A stretch of 64,000 bases of DNA from assembly GCA_010015585.1 (NCBI GenBank), contig ML975153.1, one strand, 5' to 3'. A model generated the notes under the pieces. That model was not told the origin of the DNA. It worked only from the letters and a program-made list of their open reading frames with translations, and did not search any database. The DNA is from Eremomyces bilateralis CBS 781.70. Taxonomy: Eukaryota. Shown piece by piece: positions 48,311 through 61,200 of the stretch (its first letter is position 1; each line of letters begins with the position of its first letter). The translations under genes were made by a program, and so were the position numbers.

Positions 48311-50392
48311 CTAGCACGACCAAATGCCAACCATACCGTCTTTTCTACCTTCGATTAGATACCCATCCTTGATCCGTACTTTCTCTATCGTAGGAGTCGT
48401 GCCCTGTTCCGCAACAGTACCCGGACCGCAATCCCAATGTTTCCCATCCACCTTGTCGTAGACCTTCACGACGTCTTCGCCCTCGGCCGCGACGATCTTG
48501 CGCGTATCGAACATCATGCTGGTAATGGGGTGGTCATACGCAAAGGCATCGTATATGGAGCCCGTTCTAAGGTCCCAAATCTGAAAAAGCGCCGCGTCAG
48601 CCAGTATCGAGTGTAGTGATCACATCATAAGTGCTTACCCTGATACTACGGTCCAAACTTCCTGTAACGAGATGCACATCGTCAAACTGCAGTGCCGTCA
48701 CTGGTCCCGTATGGCCGACCAGACTCCGATGCACTTGCCCACTCCGCAAGTCCCACAGCCGCACCATGCCATCGGCGGTCCCGCACGCGAGCGCAGTTTC
48801 GAAGCACTGCAGCGCTCCGACGAAATCGGCTTGAGCGTCGGGTAAACGGCCCGTCTGCCGCCACAGTCCGTCGTTGGAGTTCAGGGTGGCCGAGGCTTGC
48901 GCAGCGGCCCAGAGAACATCTAATGTTTGAATGCAGCGGCCCTTTTCAAGGTCCCATTGACGTAGTGTCTTGTCTGCGGATCCGGAGACGAGCGTGTTGC
49001 CTTTGAAGTGCAGCGCGGTGATTTCGGCGACATGGGCTTCGAGAGAGAAAAGGGGGCATTCTTGCATGCTCGTCGGAGGTGGCGGTGGAGGGGCGTCTTC
49101 CTCGTTGCTGAAGCCCAAGGCATCGTCGTCGTCCTCCCCGACAGGGACGGTATCGTTATCGGTCTCCAGAGGCGAGTATTCTGCCTTACTGAGGTCCCAT
49201 AATCGAATGGTCGCGTCCATCGATCCCGTCGCGACGATGTTATCGTCGACTTGCAAACAACGCACGGAGGATAGATGTCCCTCTAGAAAGCCCATACATC
49301 TTCCGGCGTTGAGATCCCACACTCGTACTGTATCGTCTAGTGCGGCCGTCACCATGGTTCCAAATGGATAATCAAAATCGATCGCCGTGATCATATCGTT
49401 GTGCGCTTGAAACTCCTTGATCTGAGAACCAGGGTGGAGATGCTCATGAAGGATTGGCATGGATATCCTCCGGTTTGGCCGTTTCCGTTTGGGCCTTGAC
49501 GGCAGTTTCTGGTAGAGAGATTCCGACATGAACTCGTCTTGAGGTGATCCCGGGTCCGTCTCTGCTGCCGGACTCTTCTCCACGGCCGCTGCCTCCTCAT
49601 CTTCGAGTTCCTGCGCCACCTCGAGCTTATTATCGACGGTGGCGATATCATTCTCCAGTTCCATCTCTTCCTGCTCGAGGTTCGCAAGTCGTTCGAGGAC
49701 GATCCCGCGCATTGCTTGTAGGTTGGTGACCTTGTTATCGATCTCGCGTATCTCCACACTGCACATATTTTTGCGAACCTCCATCATCTCCAATCGATGG
49801 GTCATGCTCCATTTCTCATGCTTGAGCTGTGCAACCCGTGGACGACCAGATTCGTCCGAACTGCCATCCTCCAATAGCTTCCCCTTGTCACGTCGTTTGC
49901 CATGCTTCCGATGCGGAGATTTCTCCTCTTCCGGTATCGACGCTTGGAATCCTTGGAAAAGTGAATAGGAATTGTGGTCTTCGGGGATGTGTGAGAGGAG
50001 CTCGTCGGACACGTAGGAGAGGGCTCGATGTTGGATTTCGGGGACGGAGAGCTTGGATCGGACGATTTCGCGTGGCGTCGTCTGTGCCAGGTTGAAGATC
50101 GACCGCTGGAGCGCCGGCTTTCTCAATTCCCGGTGAAGCTCTCCGAGAGCATGTTGATAATGCTGGCTAACGCCTCCATCTCCTAGAGGGCCGCCGCCGA
50201 TCAGATGCCCTGCGGTCGCGGTGACTTTGCGGCCAAAGGCTTCGATTTGACGGGTCTACATGGACGTTAGCTCTCCCGTTTCATTGGGTGCCGATGGATT
50301 AATCGGTCTCGTACCGGTATCAAAGGGTCGTCATCGGATGGAGTTAATGGCCTGGATGGAGGGGAGCCTCTCCCTCGAGACGGCTCTGCCAT
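48311..50392 (-). CDS. mdv1: Mitochondrial fission adaptor Mdv1/Caf4 (coiled coil + WD40)
   Basis: [17 protein letters not shown], coiled coil, WD repeats ([23 protein letters not shown] etc.); two introns. Confidence 0.95.
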
Positions 50393-50986
50393 CCGAATCG
50401 ATTCCCTCGAAATGCAATACAGAAAACGAGGTCGGGGTTAAGTCTGTCGCATGCTCATCATTTGGACTACCATGCAAATGCGGATTTGATATGGACAGTT
50501 TGAGATGTCGCGTGCTGGTTTGTTTAGGGCAATATGATCATCGACAAGGTGGATGTTGCGCCACAACCAGGTTGGAGCTGTTCGACTTGATTGATGGTTC
50601 AGTTAGGACATGGAACAAATTGCTGAGCCACTGGAGATACAGCCGGCTGATGCCGAGATCGGTGCTATGGCACTCAATCAAGTGAACTATTTGATTTAAG
50701 TTAATGTATTCAAGTCAGGTCAGGATTTGTCAATTAACCCTTCATCATTCGAAAAAGTCATCTTCCGGTACCGTAGGGAACGAAAGCCCAAATTGGGATA
50801 TTACTAACCTTTCGTTATTCATAGCGTAGCTGGGGTCCACCACATGGAGTCATCAATCTCACAGCTGTAGCATCCTAGATTCGTTTATTTAAAGCTTGGT
50901 TACCGCTCTGGATCTGATAGACACGCGACCGTAATAAATCCAGCCAAAACCTAGTTGGTATCTAAATCTAAAGGACCAAATATACA

Positions 50987-51887
50987 ATGGACGCCGCAAT
51001 CGACTTTCACGATCCCAATAAGGCGTTGGACCTGGGCAATATCAGATTCCAGTTGATGTACGGACACATAACCCACTTGGCGTATCGCATCTACTCACAG
51101 TTAATCTAGCCGACTGGAGGACACTATCATCTTCCATTTAATAGAAAGGGTTCAATTCCCGTTGAACAAAACCATCTATGTCCCCGGCGGCGTGCACATC
51201 GCCGCCTCGGACTTAAGTCTCATGGACTGGATGCTCTCCGAGCAAGAGAAGCTCCAATCGCTCGTCCGCCGCTACGAATCGCCCGATGAATATCCCTTCT
51301 TCCCCAATGTCTTGCAAAAGCCCATCCTTCATCCTCTGCACTACCCCCAGGTTCTCTACCCGAACGACGTCAACGTCAACGAGAAGCTGAAGCAATCCTA
51401 CATCGAGTCCATCTTGCCGCCCGCGTGCGTCAAGCTGGGCCGCGAGGATCGTGGGGAAGATCATGAGAATTACGGGTCGGCCGCGACGTGCGATGTGCAG
51501 TGTCTGCAGGCGCTGTCGCGGCGGATCCATTTTGGCAAATTCGTCGCGGAGTCGAAGTTTCGCAAGGAGACGGAGCGGTATGTGCAGCTCATCAAGAATG
51601 ATGATCGGGACGGGATTGCGGAGGCGATTACGGATGCGAAAGTGGAGAAGAAGGTGCTGGAGCGGTTAAGACTCAAGGCGAAAATGTATGGAACGGATCC
51701 GGATAACGCGACTGGGGACTTGGGAAAGCTGGATGTCGACGCGGTGGTGTCAATGTACAAGGTGAGTTCATCGCTGGTATGTATATTGACTTCCGTTGAT
51801 TATGATTAGGACTACGTTATTCCTTTGACCAAGGAGGTTGAAGTGGAGTATCTTATGCAGCGTCTGAAAGGGACGGAGTATGAATAG
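50987..51887 (+). CDS. aro7: Chorismate mutase (eukaryotic AroQ type)
   Basis: LDLGNIRFQL.RLEDTIIF.LIERVQFP; RRYESPDEYPF; LQALSRRIHFGKFVAESKF; YKDYVIPLTKEVEVEYL; two introns. Confidence 0.98.
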
Positions 51888-51965
51888 TGACGATGACATG
51901 AGACGGAAGTATAGACAAAGACTACAATATATTCATCTATGCGTAATGCATCTCGCCCCACGCTG

Positions 51966-54188
51966 TTACTTTGTAGCTCTCTTAGAAACCTTCTCAACCA
52001 ACCGACGTAAGTCCTCTCCATCCTCCCTGCTAACCTTCTTCTTCTGGCGTTTCGAAGGCTGTCCATCATCAAACGTTTCCGCGGCCCTCTTCTGTCGTCC
52101 TTCATCCAACAGCTCCCGCATCCCCTTAGTTCCTTTATACCTCGGATTCGTGGGGTCGATCGCATACTCATGGCTCTCAAACAGCGCGCCGAACCGCGGA
52201 TCTTTGGCGTCGACCTTAAACGTGTCCTCTTCCACCCCCGCAAACTTCGCCTCGGACTTTTTCTTCGCCTTGCCCTTCTTTCGCGACGCCTTCTCCCGCT
52301 TCATGATCTCGTTCATGTCGAAGTGCTGCACTTTTCCGGCCCCCCCGGCCACCCCGCCCTCCTCGGCCATCAGCAGCTCCAGTTCCTTCTTTTCCTTCTC
52401 CTTGGCTATCCGCTCCTCCTGTTGCTGCGCATCTTTGATCTCGCGCGCTAATTTCTTAGCTCGCTTCGCTGCCTGCTTTGCCGCCTCCGCCGGATTCTCG
52501 AAGAACGGGTCGTCAAATCCTAAATCTTCTTCCACAGCATTATCCTCGGCGCGAGACACCTTTTCGACTTCTTTCTCAGCTTCAGCGCCAGTCTCGACAC
52601 CGCGATTCTTCTCTTTTCTTCGAGCCTTTCGCTCCCTCTCCTTCCTGATGTACTTCTCCACGGTACTCTCCACCGGCTCGTTTTCAAAAACTCCTTTGTT
52701 GCCACTCTCCGAGTCCCCCGAAAACCCGGGAACAAACGTGATCTGCATGCCGCCGGTCGCTTCTTTTTTACCTTTCGGTTTCTTTTCTGAGGCCTGGGGT
52801 ATATCTCCGGAGAGGCCTAGGGCCGCCCGTAGGGCTGATGCCTTGGAGTTCTTCGACACTTTATCTCGAGGTGCGGTGTCTGACCTCCCAAGGGCAGCCA
52901 AATCGGTTTCAGTAGGTTCTTCCTCGCTCTCTGATCCGCCCTCATCGGATGTGCCACTTCCCAGATACGCCAGCAGGTCATTGTCGAGCTCTCCGCCACG
53001 CTCGAAGGCACGCCTCATCACGTCTTTCCGGCCCCCATCCTCATTGTCCCATGTAAGTGTCACGCGACTGTGTCGCAGCGCCTGCGTGACGAATTCACGT
53101 GGCCGATATCCTTTAGGAATGGAAGTGCACTCGTCCTCGGGTTCGTCGTCATCGAAGGAAGTGTCGTCGGGCACGAATCGGAGGTCGAAGAAGTTGGCGG
53201 AGGTGAGGTACTCGCGCCCGTCCATTGCATCGTATATGAACTTCGCCGCTGCAGGCGTCGAGGCAGTGATGACCGCGTAATAATACCGTAGTCGCTGTAG
53301 TTGGTAGTTTCGTAGTTTTGCGGGATCGAAATCTCGAGCTCGAGTGTCGTCCGCGGGCGCCTCTTCGTCATCATCGGAGGAATCCTCGTTTTCAGCTCTG
53401 GTCTCCTTGGTGGGCCGGCTTTTCGATGCAACTGCATTGCTCTTCTTCCCACCGGGACCTTGGAACAATTCCTTTGCCGGCCCTTCGGTCTCTTCCCGCT
53501 CCATCATCTTCTTTCCAAACTGACTCGGGTATATCGAAACGTTGAGGATCTTCCCTTCCGTAGGAGCAAAGCTCAAGGCCACGGCCATCAAATCCGCAGC
53601 TTTGATATTGTCCCAATCCAAGTTCACCACCGCAAGTCGTGAGGTGACCTCGCCTGTCGGTATGTCTTCTTGAGGCCCCGCGTCCTCTTCAGCTTCCGAC
53701 TCCTCCTCGACATCCTCGTCATCCTCATCATCCTCAGACGACGAAAAGCCTCCTTCTCTGGCAGGATCATACTTGCCGGTGACCCGTTTTAGCTCTGCCT
53801 GAACATCATCATCCGCATCCAGCTCATCGCTTCCTGATTGGTCGCTCTCGTCCGTTTCGCTGGCGCTGGCGACCTGGTACAGTCTCTCCAATTCTTTCTT
53901 CCCTCGACTGCCTTCTATTTTCCTGCCATACCGATCAACGCTGGCCTTTTTAGTGAAGTCTTCGTCCTTGAGTAAGCGGGAGAATCGATCGTCCAAGCGG
54001 ACTTTGGTGTTCTTCTGAGAGGGCAGTCGGAATCGAGGATCGGTAGAGAGCGACGTGAATCGTGGATCATCTACAACAGAGAAATCAGTATAAGGCCGGG
54101 TCATGTTGTTTGAGGAAGACGTACTGGTCGAGGATTTTGGAGGCGATTGGTCGCGCTTCTTGCGCTTTTCAACGCCGTGCTTCGCCAT
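51966..54188 (-). CDS. esf1: Pre-rRNA processing protein Esf1
   Basis: DPRF, VDRYGRK, RLAVVNLDWDNIKA.DL, LRNYQLQRLRYYYAV, ANFFDLRFVPD, and C-terminal DPRFGALFESHEYAIDPTNPRYK (NUC153). Confidence 0.97.
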   Translation of the reverse strand: MAKHGVEKRKKRDQSPPKSSTSTSSSNNMTRPYTDFSVVDDPRFTSLSTDPRFRLPSQKNTKVRLDDRFSRLLKDEDFTKKASVDRYGRKIEGSRGKKELERLYQVASASETDESDQSGSDELDADDDVQAELKRVTGKYDPAREGGFSSSEDDEDDEDVEEESEAEEDAGPQEDIPTGEVTSRLAVVNLDWDNIKAADLMAVALSFAPTEGKILNVSIYPSQFGKKMMEREETEGPAKELFQGPGGKKSNAVASKSRPTKETRAENEDSSDDDEEAPADDTRARDFDPAKLRNYQLQRLRYYYAVITASTPAAAKFIYDAMDGREYLTSANFFDLRFVPDDTSFDDDEPEDECTSIPKGYRPREFVTQALRHSRVTLTWDNEDGGRKDVMRRAFERGGELDNDLLAYLGSGTSDEGGSESEEEPTETDLAALGRSDTAPRDKVSKNSKASALRAALGLSGDIPQASEKKPKGKKEATGGMQITFVPGFSGDSESGNKGVFENEPVESTVEKYIRKERERKARRKEKNRGVETGAEAEKEVEKVSRAEDNAVEEDLGFDDPFFENPAEAAKQAAKRAKKLAREIKDAQQQEERIAKEKEKKELELLMAEEGGVAGGAGKVQHFDMNEIMKREKASRKKGKAKKKSEAKFAGVEEDTFKVDAKDPRFGALFESHEYAIDPTNPRYKGTKGMRELLDEGRQKRAAETFDDGQPSKRQKKKVSREDGEDLRRLVEKVSKRATK

Positions 54189-55559
54189 AATTAGCGGAAG
54201 GGGTTACAATATGGTATCGATACAATCGATTGCTCAGTTAACGAGGGGCTCAATCTGGCGGATTTGTAGTCACTGCGATTCAGAGCGTAACATGAAATTC
54301 CTGAACTGAAGTCTCGCATTTCCTGCGATCTGGAAATTTTAGTGTAACTCTATGGCAGGGGTCTCTTATCAGATCATCAGATAAGTCCACCCTTTGACGA
54401 CCCTCTCACGCCACTCTCAGTTCTAGCAACAACCTGACCTCCAATGTTGACGACTTGCCTCAACATTGCATTCATTTTTAATCGCTACAATCGACCTGAA
54501 GTTTTTATCGTCCCGCTGATATAGGTATAAACTATACAATTATTTGCGATCCGGTTTCGTTCAGCTTCTCACACGGTTAGATTCGTCACGAACCCCCACA
54601 TTGAAAATGAACAACCATATGGCGATGATCCCGAGAATGAACACTCTTTCACACTCCTGAATTATGCACACGTAAGGTGTTTTCTATGATTTCTGGGGTA
54701 TATATGATCATTTATCCTCATAAGTATCTCATACTCGAGAGAGGTGGGAGCCTGTATGTATTCGTTAGTCGGCTCTCTGCATACTTCTGGAACACACAGG
54801 GCTGAGGCTTTAATCAATTGCATATGGCTCTTCTCTAGTTCTCTAGGATTTTCGGACTGGGAGTATTCTCGGGCAATTCTGGTAACTGTACGATCGCCTA
54901 CCCGCGCATAGTAGCCTTTGAGAGGCGTTGAATAGTGGGAATACATGGATTGTCAGTCACACCAGTGAAAAGAGCAGATTTGAGGAGATACATTATGTTA
55001 AAGAAGTTTGTTGGAGCCGTGATAACGTCCTAAATACTGATGAAGGGGAGGATCTAATTGCAATGGGTGAACAGAGAATACTTCTGTATGAAGTTTTGGT
55101 ATGGTGGATATGAAACTGGTACTCCTAATCACTCGGCTTTGTCCTCTGCCTTGTATTATGCACTGAATGATAACCCAGGCTCTAAAACACATGTACTGTG
55201 CTGAGGGGACCCGTTCTAGGCCTCATCGAATCGATCGGAGCAAGGTGAGGGTGGTATACAACTTGGGTCGGCTGTTTTGTAGATAGTTATACGTGCATTT
55301 AAACTAGTATAGGCCGAGAGGATCTAATTAGTTGTGATCGAATTGTCGCATTCCCTTCATAGGACCTGGTCGAGAAACGTCAACCTACCGTTCTTCTACG
55401 GCTTGACTGGTCTATCCTTCCAAAGGCACGGCAAGTTTCTGATCAGTTCTGCTGTTTGTATTCGCTTATCGACGACAGGCACATATATATCTTTGTAGAT
55501 CATCATCAGGGGAAGGAGGACTGTTCATCTACATTTAATATGGAGGCTAATAGACGAAT

Positions 55560-56197
55560 GCTTATCTAGCCCTGAGACAGAGGAGATCATGTGCCCCCAA
55601 AGCTTTGGAGCAGGTTGAGAACTCGTCACTATTATAACTTGTGTGGTTTAATTGGCCCATTCTGGGGTACAGTATCGACAGGACCTCCAAGTTTAGATAG
55701 GAAAATACCTCCTGTAGACTTGTTAATGGAGTATTCCGCTCCGAACAACATGGAGTTTGGAAATCCGGTTGCGATGACCATCTCATCTCGATTAGCCCTC
55801 GCTTTCATCCACTCTCCGATCCAGGTTTCGCTCTCCCCGAACTGGTAGCTCGAGGCGCTGCATATGATCAGCGATGAGCCCATGATACACTGCGGCTGTG
55901 AAAAAGGGGAAATATCAACATACGTGGCGATGAAATTCCCACCGCTCTCCCAGAAGTAGTCAAGGATCTCGAAAGAAGTATCCTTGTCTCACTCGCCCAT
56001 CGAGCCTTTCCTATCACACAGATTAGCTGCGCTCTTCGGCCCCAGCATTGGCTTCTTCCCACTGGCACGTACCAAGCATTGCCGAAGTTCATCGCTCCGA
56101 GACACAAAGGGGACACGCGGATCGAGGCATTGGGACTCAGCAGTCGATGATGGCCCAGTGCCGTTTTAGGAGGGGGAGCTGGAGCGAAATATGACAT
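55560..56197 (-). pseudogene. Aryl-alcohol dehydrogenase (aldo/keto reductase) pseudogene
   Basis: RVSPLCLGAMNFG, GGNFI.T and [24 protein letters not shown]. In-frame TGA at 55989-55991; FIDT->FIAT and IATK->IATG; the sequence decays afterwards. Confidence 0.85.
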
Positions 56198-57402
56198 GGT
56201 TAGTATAGGATGAGACTCAAATCAACGGGACGGGTGTGAGAAAGCTTTAGTCTCGGATTGGAAATTGAAAATCATAGATAGAGAAACCTGCGGTCCCAGC
56301 TTTTTAAATATTACCACTACGGAGTATTTGAGTCCGGTAAGATCAGGCGTCCAGAATTGTGCTTGTCATTTGGCCAGATATCGACGCTCGAAGCAGGCTA
56401 CCTATTCCGGGGTATGACGTTAAATCAGGCATTGAGAGCGCCCATCTTGGCTTACAAATACGTTGATTATGTTTCAGTGAATCTAATGGATCAATTGCTT
56501 GAAGCGTGAGAATTACAGTGCGGCTACGGAGTACGTGAGACGCGATGGTATGTGGTAAGGATCAGGAGACGAAAGGAGGGTACATGTCAATGGACAATAG
56601 GGCCCAAATAATGAAGAGGAAATTCCAACGTATTCGATTAGGGTTGTCTCTGAGTGTTGTTGGGGACAAAACTTAACTTAGGTTTCTGGAATTATATCCT
56701 GGTCTGGCCGGGGTTAACACTGTTTTGTCTCTGCAGATTTCTGTCCTGATATCGTCAGCATGAACTTCCAGTAAGCACTGCCCGGTAGGTTCCATCACAA
56801 GCAGACAAACTAAAAGAATTAGAGAAATACTTCATTTAATTACATCCCACATTAGCCTCTATTCATGTCTATTATGTGGGTACATCTTACGTAAGTTTAG
56901 AGTTAATAACATAGGAGTCCTGGAGGAACTTACCGCCTATCCCGGTGGCCCTCCCACCCATCCTGGTGGCCATACTGCCCATTCCTTTTCACCTACCGCC
57001 CAGCTTGGTGTCTCGACTGCCTATCGGACTGCCCCTAACCAAGTCAATACCCCTCTTCCCCTATGCATTTCTTCCTCCACCCAACACGAATCCGATGACG
57101 TGCAAGGGAACGCGGGTTACTAGTGATATGTGGACCGTTGGCATCAACTCTCAAGGCAACAAGAATAATGTGATGATCCCTTTATTGTTAATACACGTAA
57201 CCACCGTTATGACTCAAGCCTTTATTTCTACACCTTGAACAATCACCTTTCGACACTTGATAATTCTCTAGTCTCTATTTGAGTAAAGGTCAAGCCAAGC
57301 GGAACCCTACCGCTAGCAATACCGAGCATCGTTCATTCCTATTCTCATCTTTCAAGAGCTACAAAAACATCCATCCAAAAATCACGAATCCGATACGACG
57401 CT

Positions 57403-58299
57403 ATGGCTTCAACATCAGCAGCTGAGCTTGACCCTCATGGCGTGGGTGAGCCGACCGCTGCCGCGAAAGAACGGAAACGATTCGTCCCTCTCGGTAGGTC
57501 ACATCTGATGATACGCAAGATCCAGCTGACGACCCCGAAGAGAACAACCCCGAGGTCATGAACCAGCTCATTTACCAACTAGGTGTTTCCAACGCGGTTG
57601 CCTTCCACGATGTCTACAGCATCGATGACCCCGAGCTCCTCGCCTTCGTACCGCGGCCGGCACATGCTCTCATGCTCATATTTCCGACCAGCGACACATA
57701 CGAGAAGTTCAGGGTCGAGGAAGACAGCAAGCGAGATGAATACAAAGGATCCGGCCCCGACGAACCTGTCATCTGGTACAAGCAGACCATCGGCAACGCT
57801 TGCGGTTTGATAGCTCTCCTCCACGGCGTTTCAAATGGCAAAGTGCGAGATCTCATTGGTATGATCCACTCGTTGATACTACCCATGGTACCTACCCGCT
57901 TACTCTCGTGCCTTAGAACCCGGTTCCAAGCTCTCCCAACTCCTCACCGATGCCATCCCCCTAAAACCCAACGAGCGAGCCGACCTCCTCTACGAATCCC
58001 AAGCGCTCGAAAGCGCACACGCCGCCGCGGCTTCCGTGGGGGACTCCGAAGCTCCAGAAGCCGACCTGAAAGTCGATCTCCACTTCGTATGCTTCGTGAA
58101 GTCCGAGGACAATCATCTGTGGGAGCTCGATGGTCGGAGGACCGGGCCCTTGGATCGCGGAACCATCGGCCAAAAGGACGATGTGCTCAGCCAGTCGGCC
58201 TTGGATCTGGGCGTCCGGAGCTTCCTTAAGAGAGAAGCGGAGGCGGGGGGCGGGGATTTGCGATTCAGTTTGATCGCGTTAGGTCCCAGTTTTGATTAG
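57403..58299 (+). CDS. yuh1: Ubiquitin C-terminal hydrolase, peptidase C12 (UCH-L3-like)
   Basis: FVPLENNPEV, QTIGNACG..ALLH, LHFVCFV, LWELDGRR; two introns. Confidence 0.95.
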
Positions 58300-61200
58300 G
58301 GAGCGGTGCTTAGCCTTATGGGTATGCTGCTGACCTGATGCTAACGCACTTGTTGGTCAATTATACCGATCTAGCAGCATATCAACTGGAGATAAGTTGA
58401 TGATGTTCAGAGGTTGATGAAGCTTCAACTTACAGCCAAATGGGTCGGGACATTCGGAATTCCGTTTGTCTGTCGGATGACAAATCAGATACGTAAGGGA
58501 CGGATATCCGATGCTATCCTTGGTGCTGAGATGCACCAAAATACCTACCGTGACCTACTCCTTTGTTAGACACTCGACATGTAGCACTTGAAGTCATCGA
58601 GGTAGGTCCAGTCTGGGAAGCATAGACTCTGTTCACGGGTCGCGATTCCACATCAAAGCCAACGGTTACAATATTATGATATAATATCACGTCATCTAAG
58701 GCTCTATTGTGACATCAAATGAATCTAAACCACATTTTCTGGGACGCCCTTTATTCCTAGGTTTCACTCCTCTTTGAATGTAGATGTTCATTGTGAACTC
58801 TCCTGTTCTTGTCGTCTGCTGCGTGACATATCTCTCAGCCGCTATTCTTACTTCGTTAGTCCCCAAATGAAGTGAACCGTGCCGACAATCCTTGAGCAAT
58901 TTGTCAATCCCTTGCTTGTGTCCGATGATGCGAGACGGAGATCCTATCCACCCTCCCTCTTCCCCTGACTCTGAGTACCTTCGTGTCCGCGAAACAGCCC
59001 CTTCGGCGATCAGTAGCCGCAGTGCCGCAACTCACTCCTGCGCACAGTCGGAACGGCAGAAGTCCCTAGGAGAAGCGGAATGGTCTTCCCTGTCTGAAGC
59101 GCGATCCTTACCTTGTGACTTCGTTCGCCGCTCTGGGCCATCCCTGCCAGCCACGCGACGTATCTAACGGCTCCTCGACAACCTGGAGTGGAATGATCGA
59201 GAAATTGCTGAGGCGGGCGTAACGTAACAGAGGCTGCAGGTACAGGGGGGATCGAATGGAGTAGGTGGCGGAAAGGTCACTGACTGAGTCAGATTGGAGG
59301 CGGGAGTGCTGGAGGACACGTCAGTCCGGATAAGATTAAAATAGCGCTTCGAATACTCGATGAGTGCAGCGGGGATATGGTAATAATAGTTAGGCGACTT
59401 CTGGGTTGCTGTGTAACCGCATGGAACCGCAAAGAGATTGGCACGAGAAACCTGTCAAGGCGAAGGTTCCCCAAATAGTTGAGCGACTTCTGAGATGCGG
59501 TATAACCACAAGGGGATTCGCGCGCGCAACCTGTCAAAGTCAACGTTTTCCGCGGTTGCCCCAATGGCTGCCGCATTGTGTATCAGTTCTGTACCACGTG
59601 GATCCTTTGTGCGACCACAAGCCATGCTCGAGCTAGAGAGTTGCCGTGTACGGGTTTTCGGCAACACATTTTCATATTTAGGACATATTAAACACCGTAT
59701 ATTGTACGGATACGATGCCACAGCCGCGAGGTCTCATATCAGGACTGCCACTCAGAGCATGCTCGGCGCCTTTGGTTGCAGATAGGAGACAGGCTCGACA
59801 TTAACTTCGACGGGAGGAGTAGAATGAGCTGTACCATAGCCTTGCAGAACCGGCAGCAATCGTTTCCTATCAGAGAGACTCAGCTGACGAATTATCAGGC
59901 TCCCGACTGAGTCCAGTGTGGTCGGCGAGGGCAGGTCACATCAATGCAAATGCCCACCGATTGAGGCGAGGAATGTGCGATGACCAGATACCGCGTTGTG
60001 ATGGTATTATCCGAAGAGTCGACCATACCCGCTTCAGACTGTGAGGACTAGAAGTCCACGGGACAACATCCCTTGAGTCCATAGGTTTGAGATATCGTCT
60101 GATGAGGGCCGGTAGCCGTGTCCCATTGCTGTCTCTGGTAACAAGATTTAGGCTGTCTTCGGTATGGACTGCATAGATGCATTGCACACAGTGCTGCAAG
60201 CTTGTTTCATCATCATAGGAGCCTTATGGCACGGCATAGTGAATATGCCCAAAGCAAAACGTAGAAGGTAGAAAGGGGTAGGTTGTGAACGCGGGAATTC
60301 AATGGAGAATTCAATGCGACCTGAGTCACACGAGGGATAGTGGGTGTGGGATGGAGTCTCGGCCGAGTCCAGAAGCCAAACTTGGATGGACGCTGGTTTG
60401 TGGGTGGTATTGCAAGACACGGTAAGGTATGCAGGTTGACTGGTAGGAGAACGAATTGTAGGTTAAGAGTGACCTAGAGACCGATGACTGCATCTCGGAA
60501 TCGAAGAATAAGGATGAAGCCTGTACAAACGGAGGATGCCGTGAATTTGGCCATCTGCATAGGATCGACGTCAGGATATTGACGAGTCCACCAGTCATTA
60601 GAGCAGTGCAAGCGCTGGTCGAACAAACGGCAATGCAGCTATGCAAGTAATAACAGCGCCTTGACCTAATTCAGTTACTGATGGCTAGAACGTTTGGGAG
60701 AAAGTCAGGAGACTCCCCTCCATCCTTGATGTCTCTGAAAGATCCCACCCTAATAGGATTTGCCGTTTAGTAGGGCGGTGCCTCCCGAGTGTGCTCAACG
60801 GTTATAGGGATGGGGGCAGTAGAGATGCGACAGACGGGAGGATAGTGCTATAGGCGATCGTTCAGTCGGCCTTCGGGAAATTTCCACCGTCGATTGGAGG
60901 AAATCATTGCAAACCGTGGCCCGTCATTTTCTAGCTGCGTGAATTCTCACTGGTCCTTTGTTCATTTGGCGTCTTTAGGTGCAGTAAACTTTTTCTTCGC
61001 GTGTGAGTCGATGGAAGGGATCAGAGAGTGATGAATCCGCCCTGGGCTGCATTAATCGACGGGTCCACTGTGGAGTCGGTCATTCGTTTCCGGATCTGTA
61101 ATCTGTAATCTGTCTGGTATTATTGGTGCCTGACGGGTGACGATAGTCGATGTGATCGGTACACCTCGGATGGAGACGATGGCAGGATCTAACATCTGCA

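Noticed and set aside
51880..53280. 466-aa plus-strand ORF
   Set aside because: Antisense shadow of esf1; its S/F/L-rich composition mirrors E/K codons.
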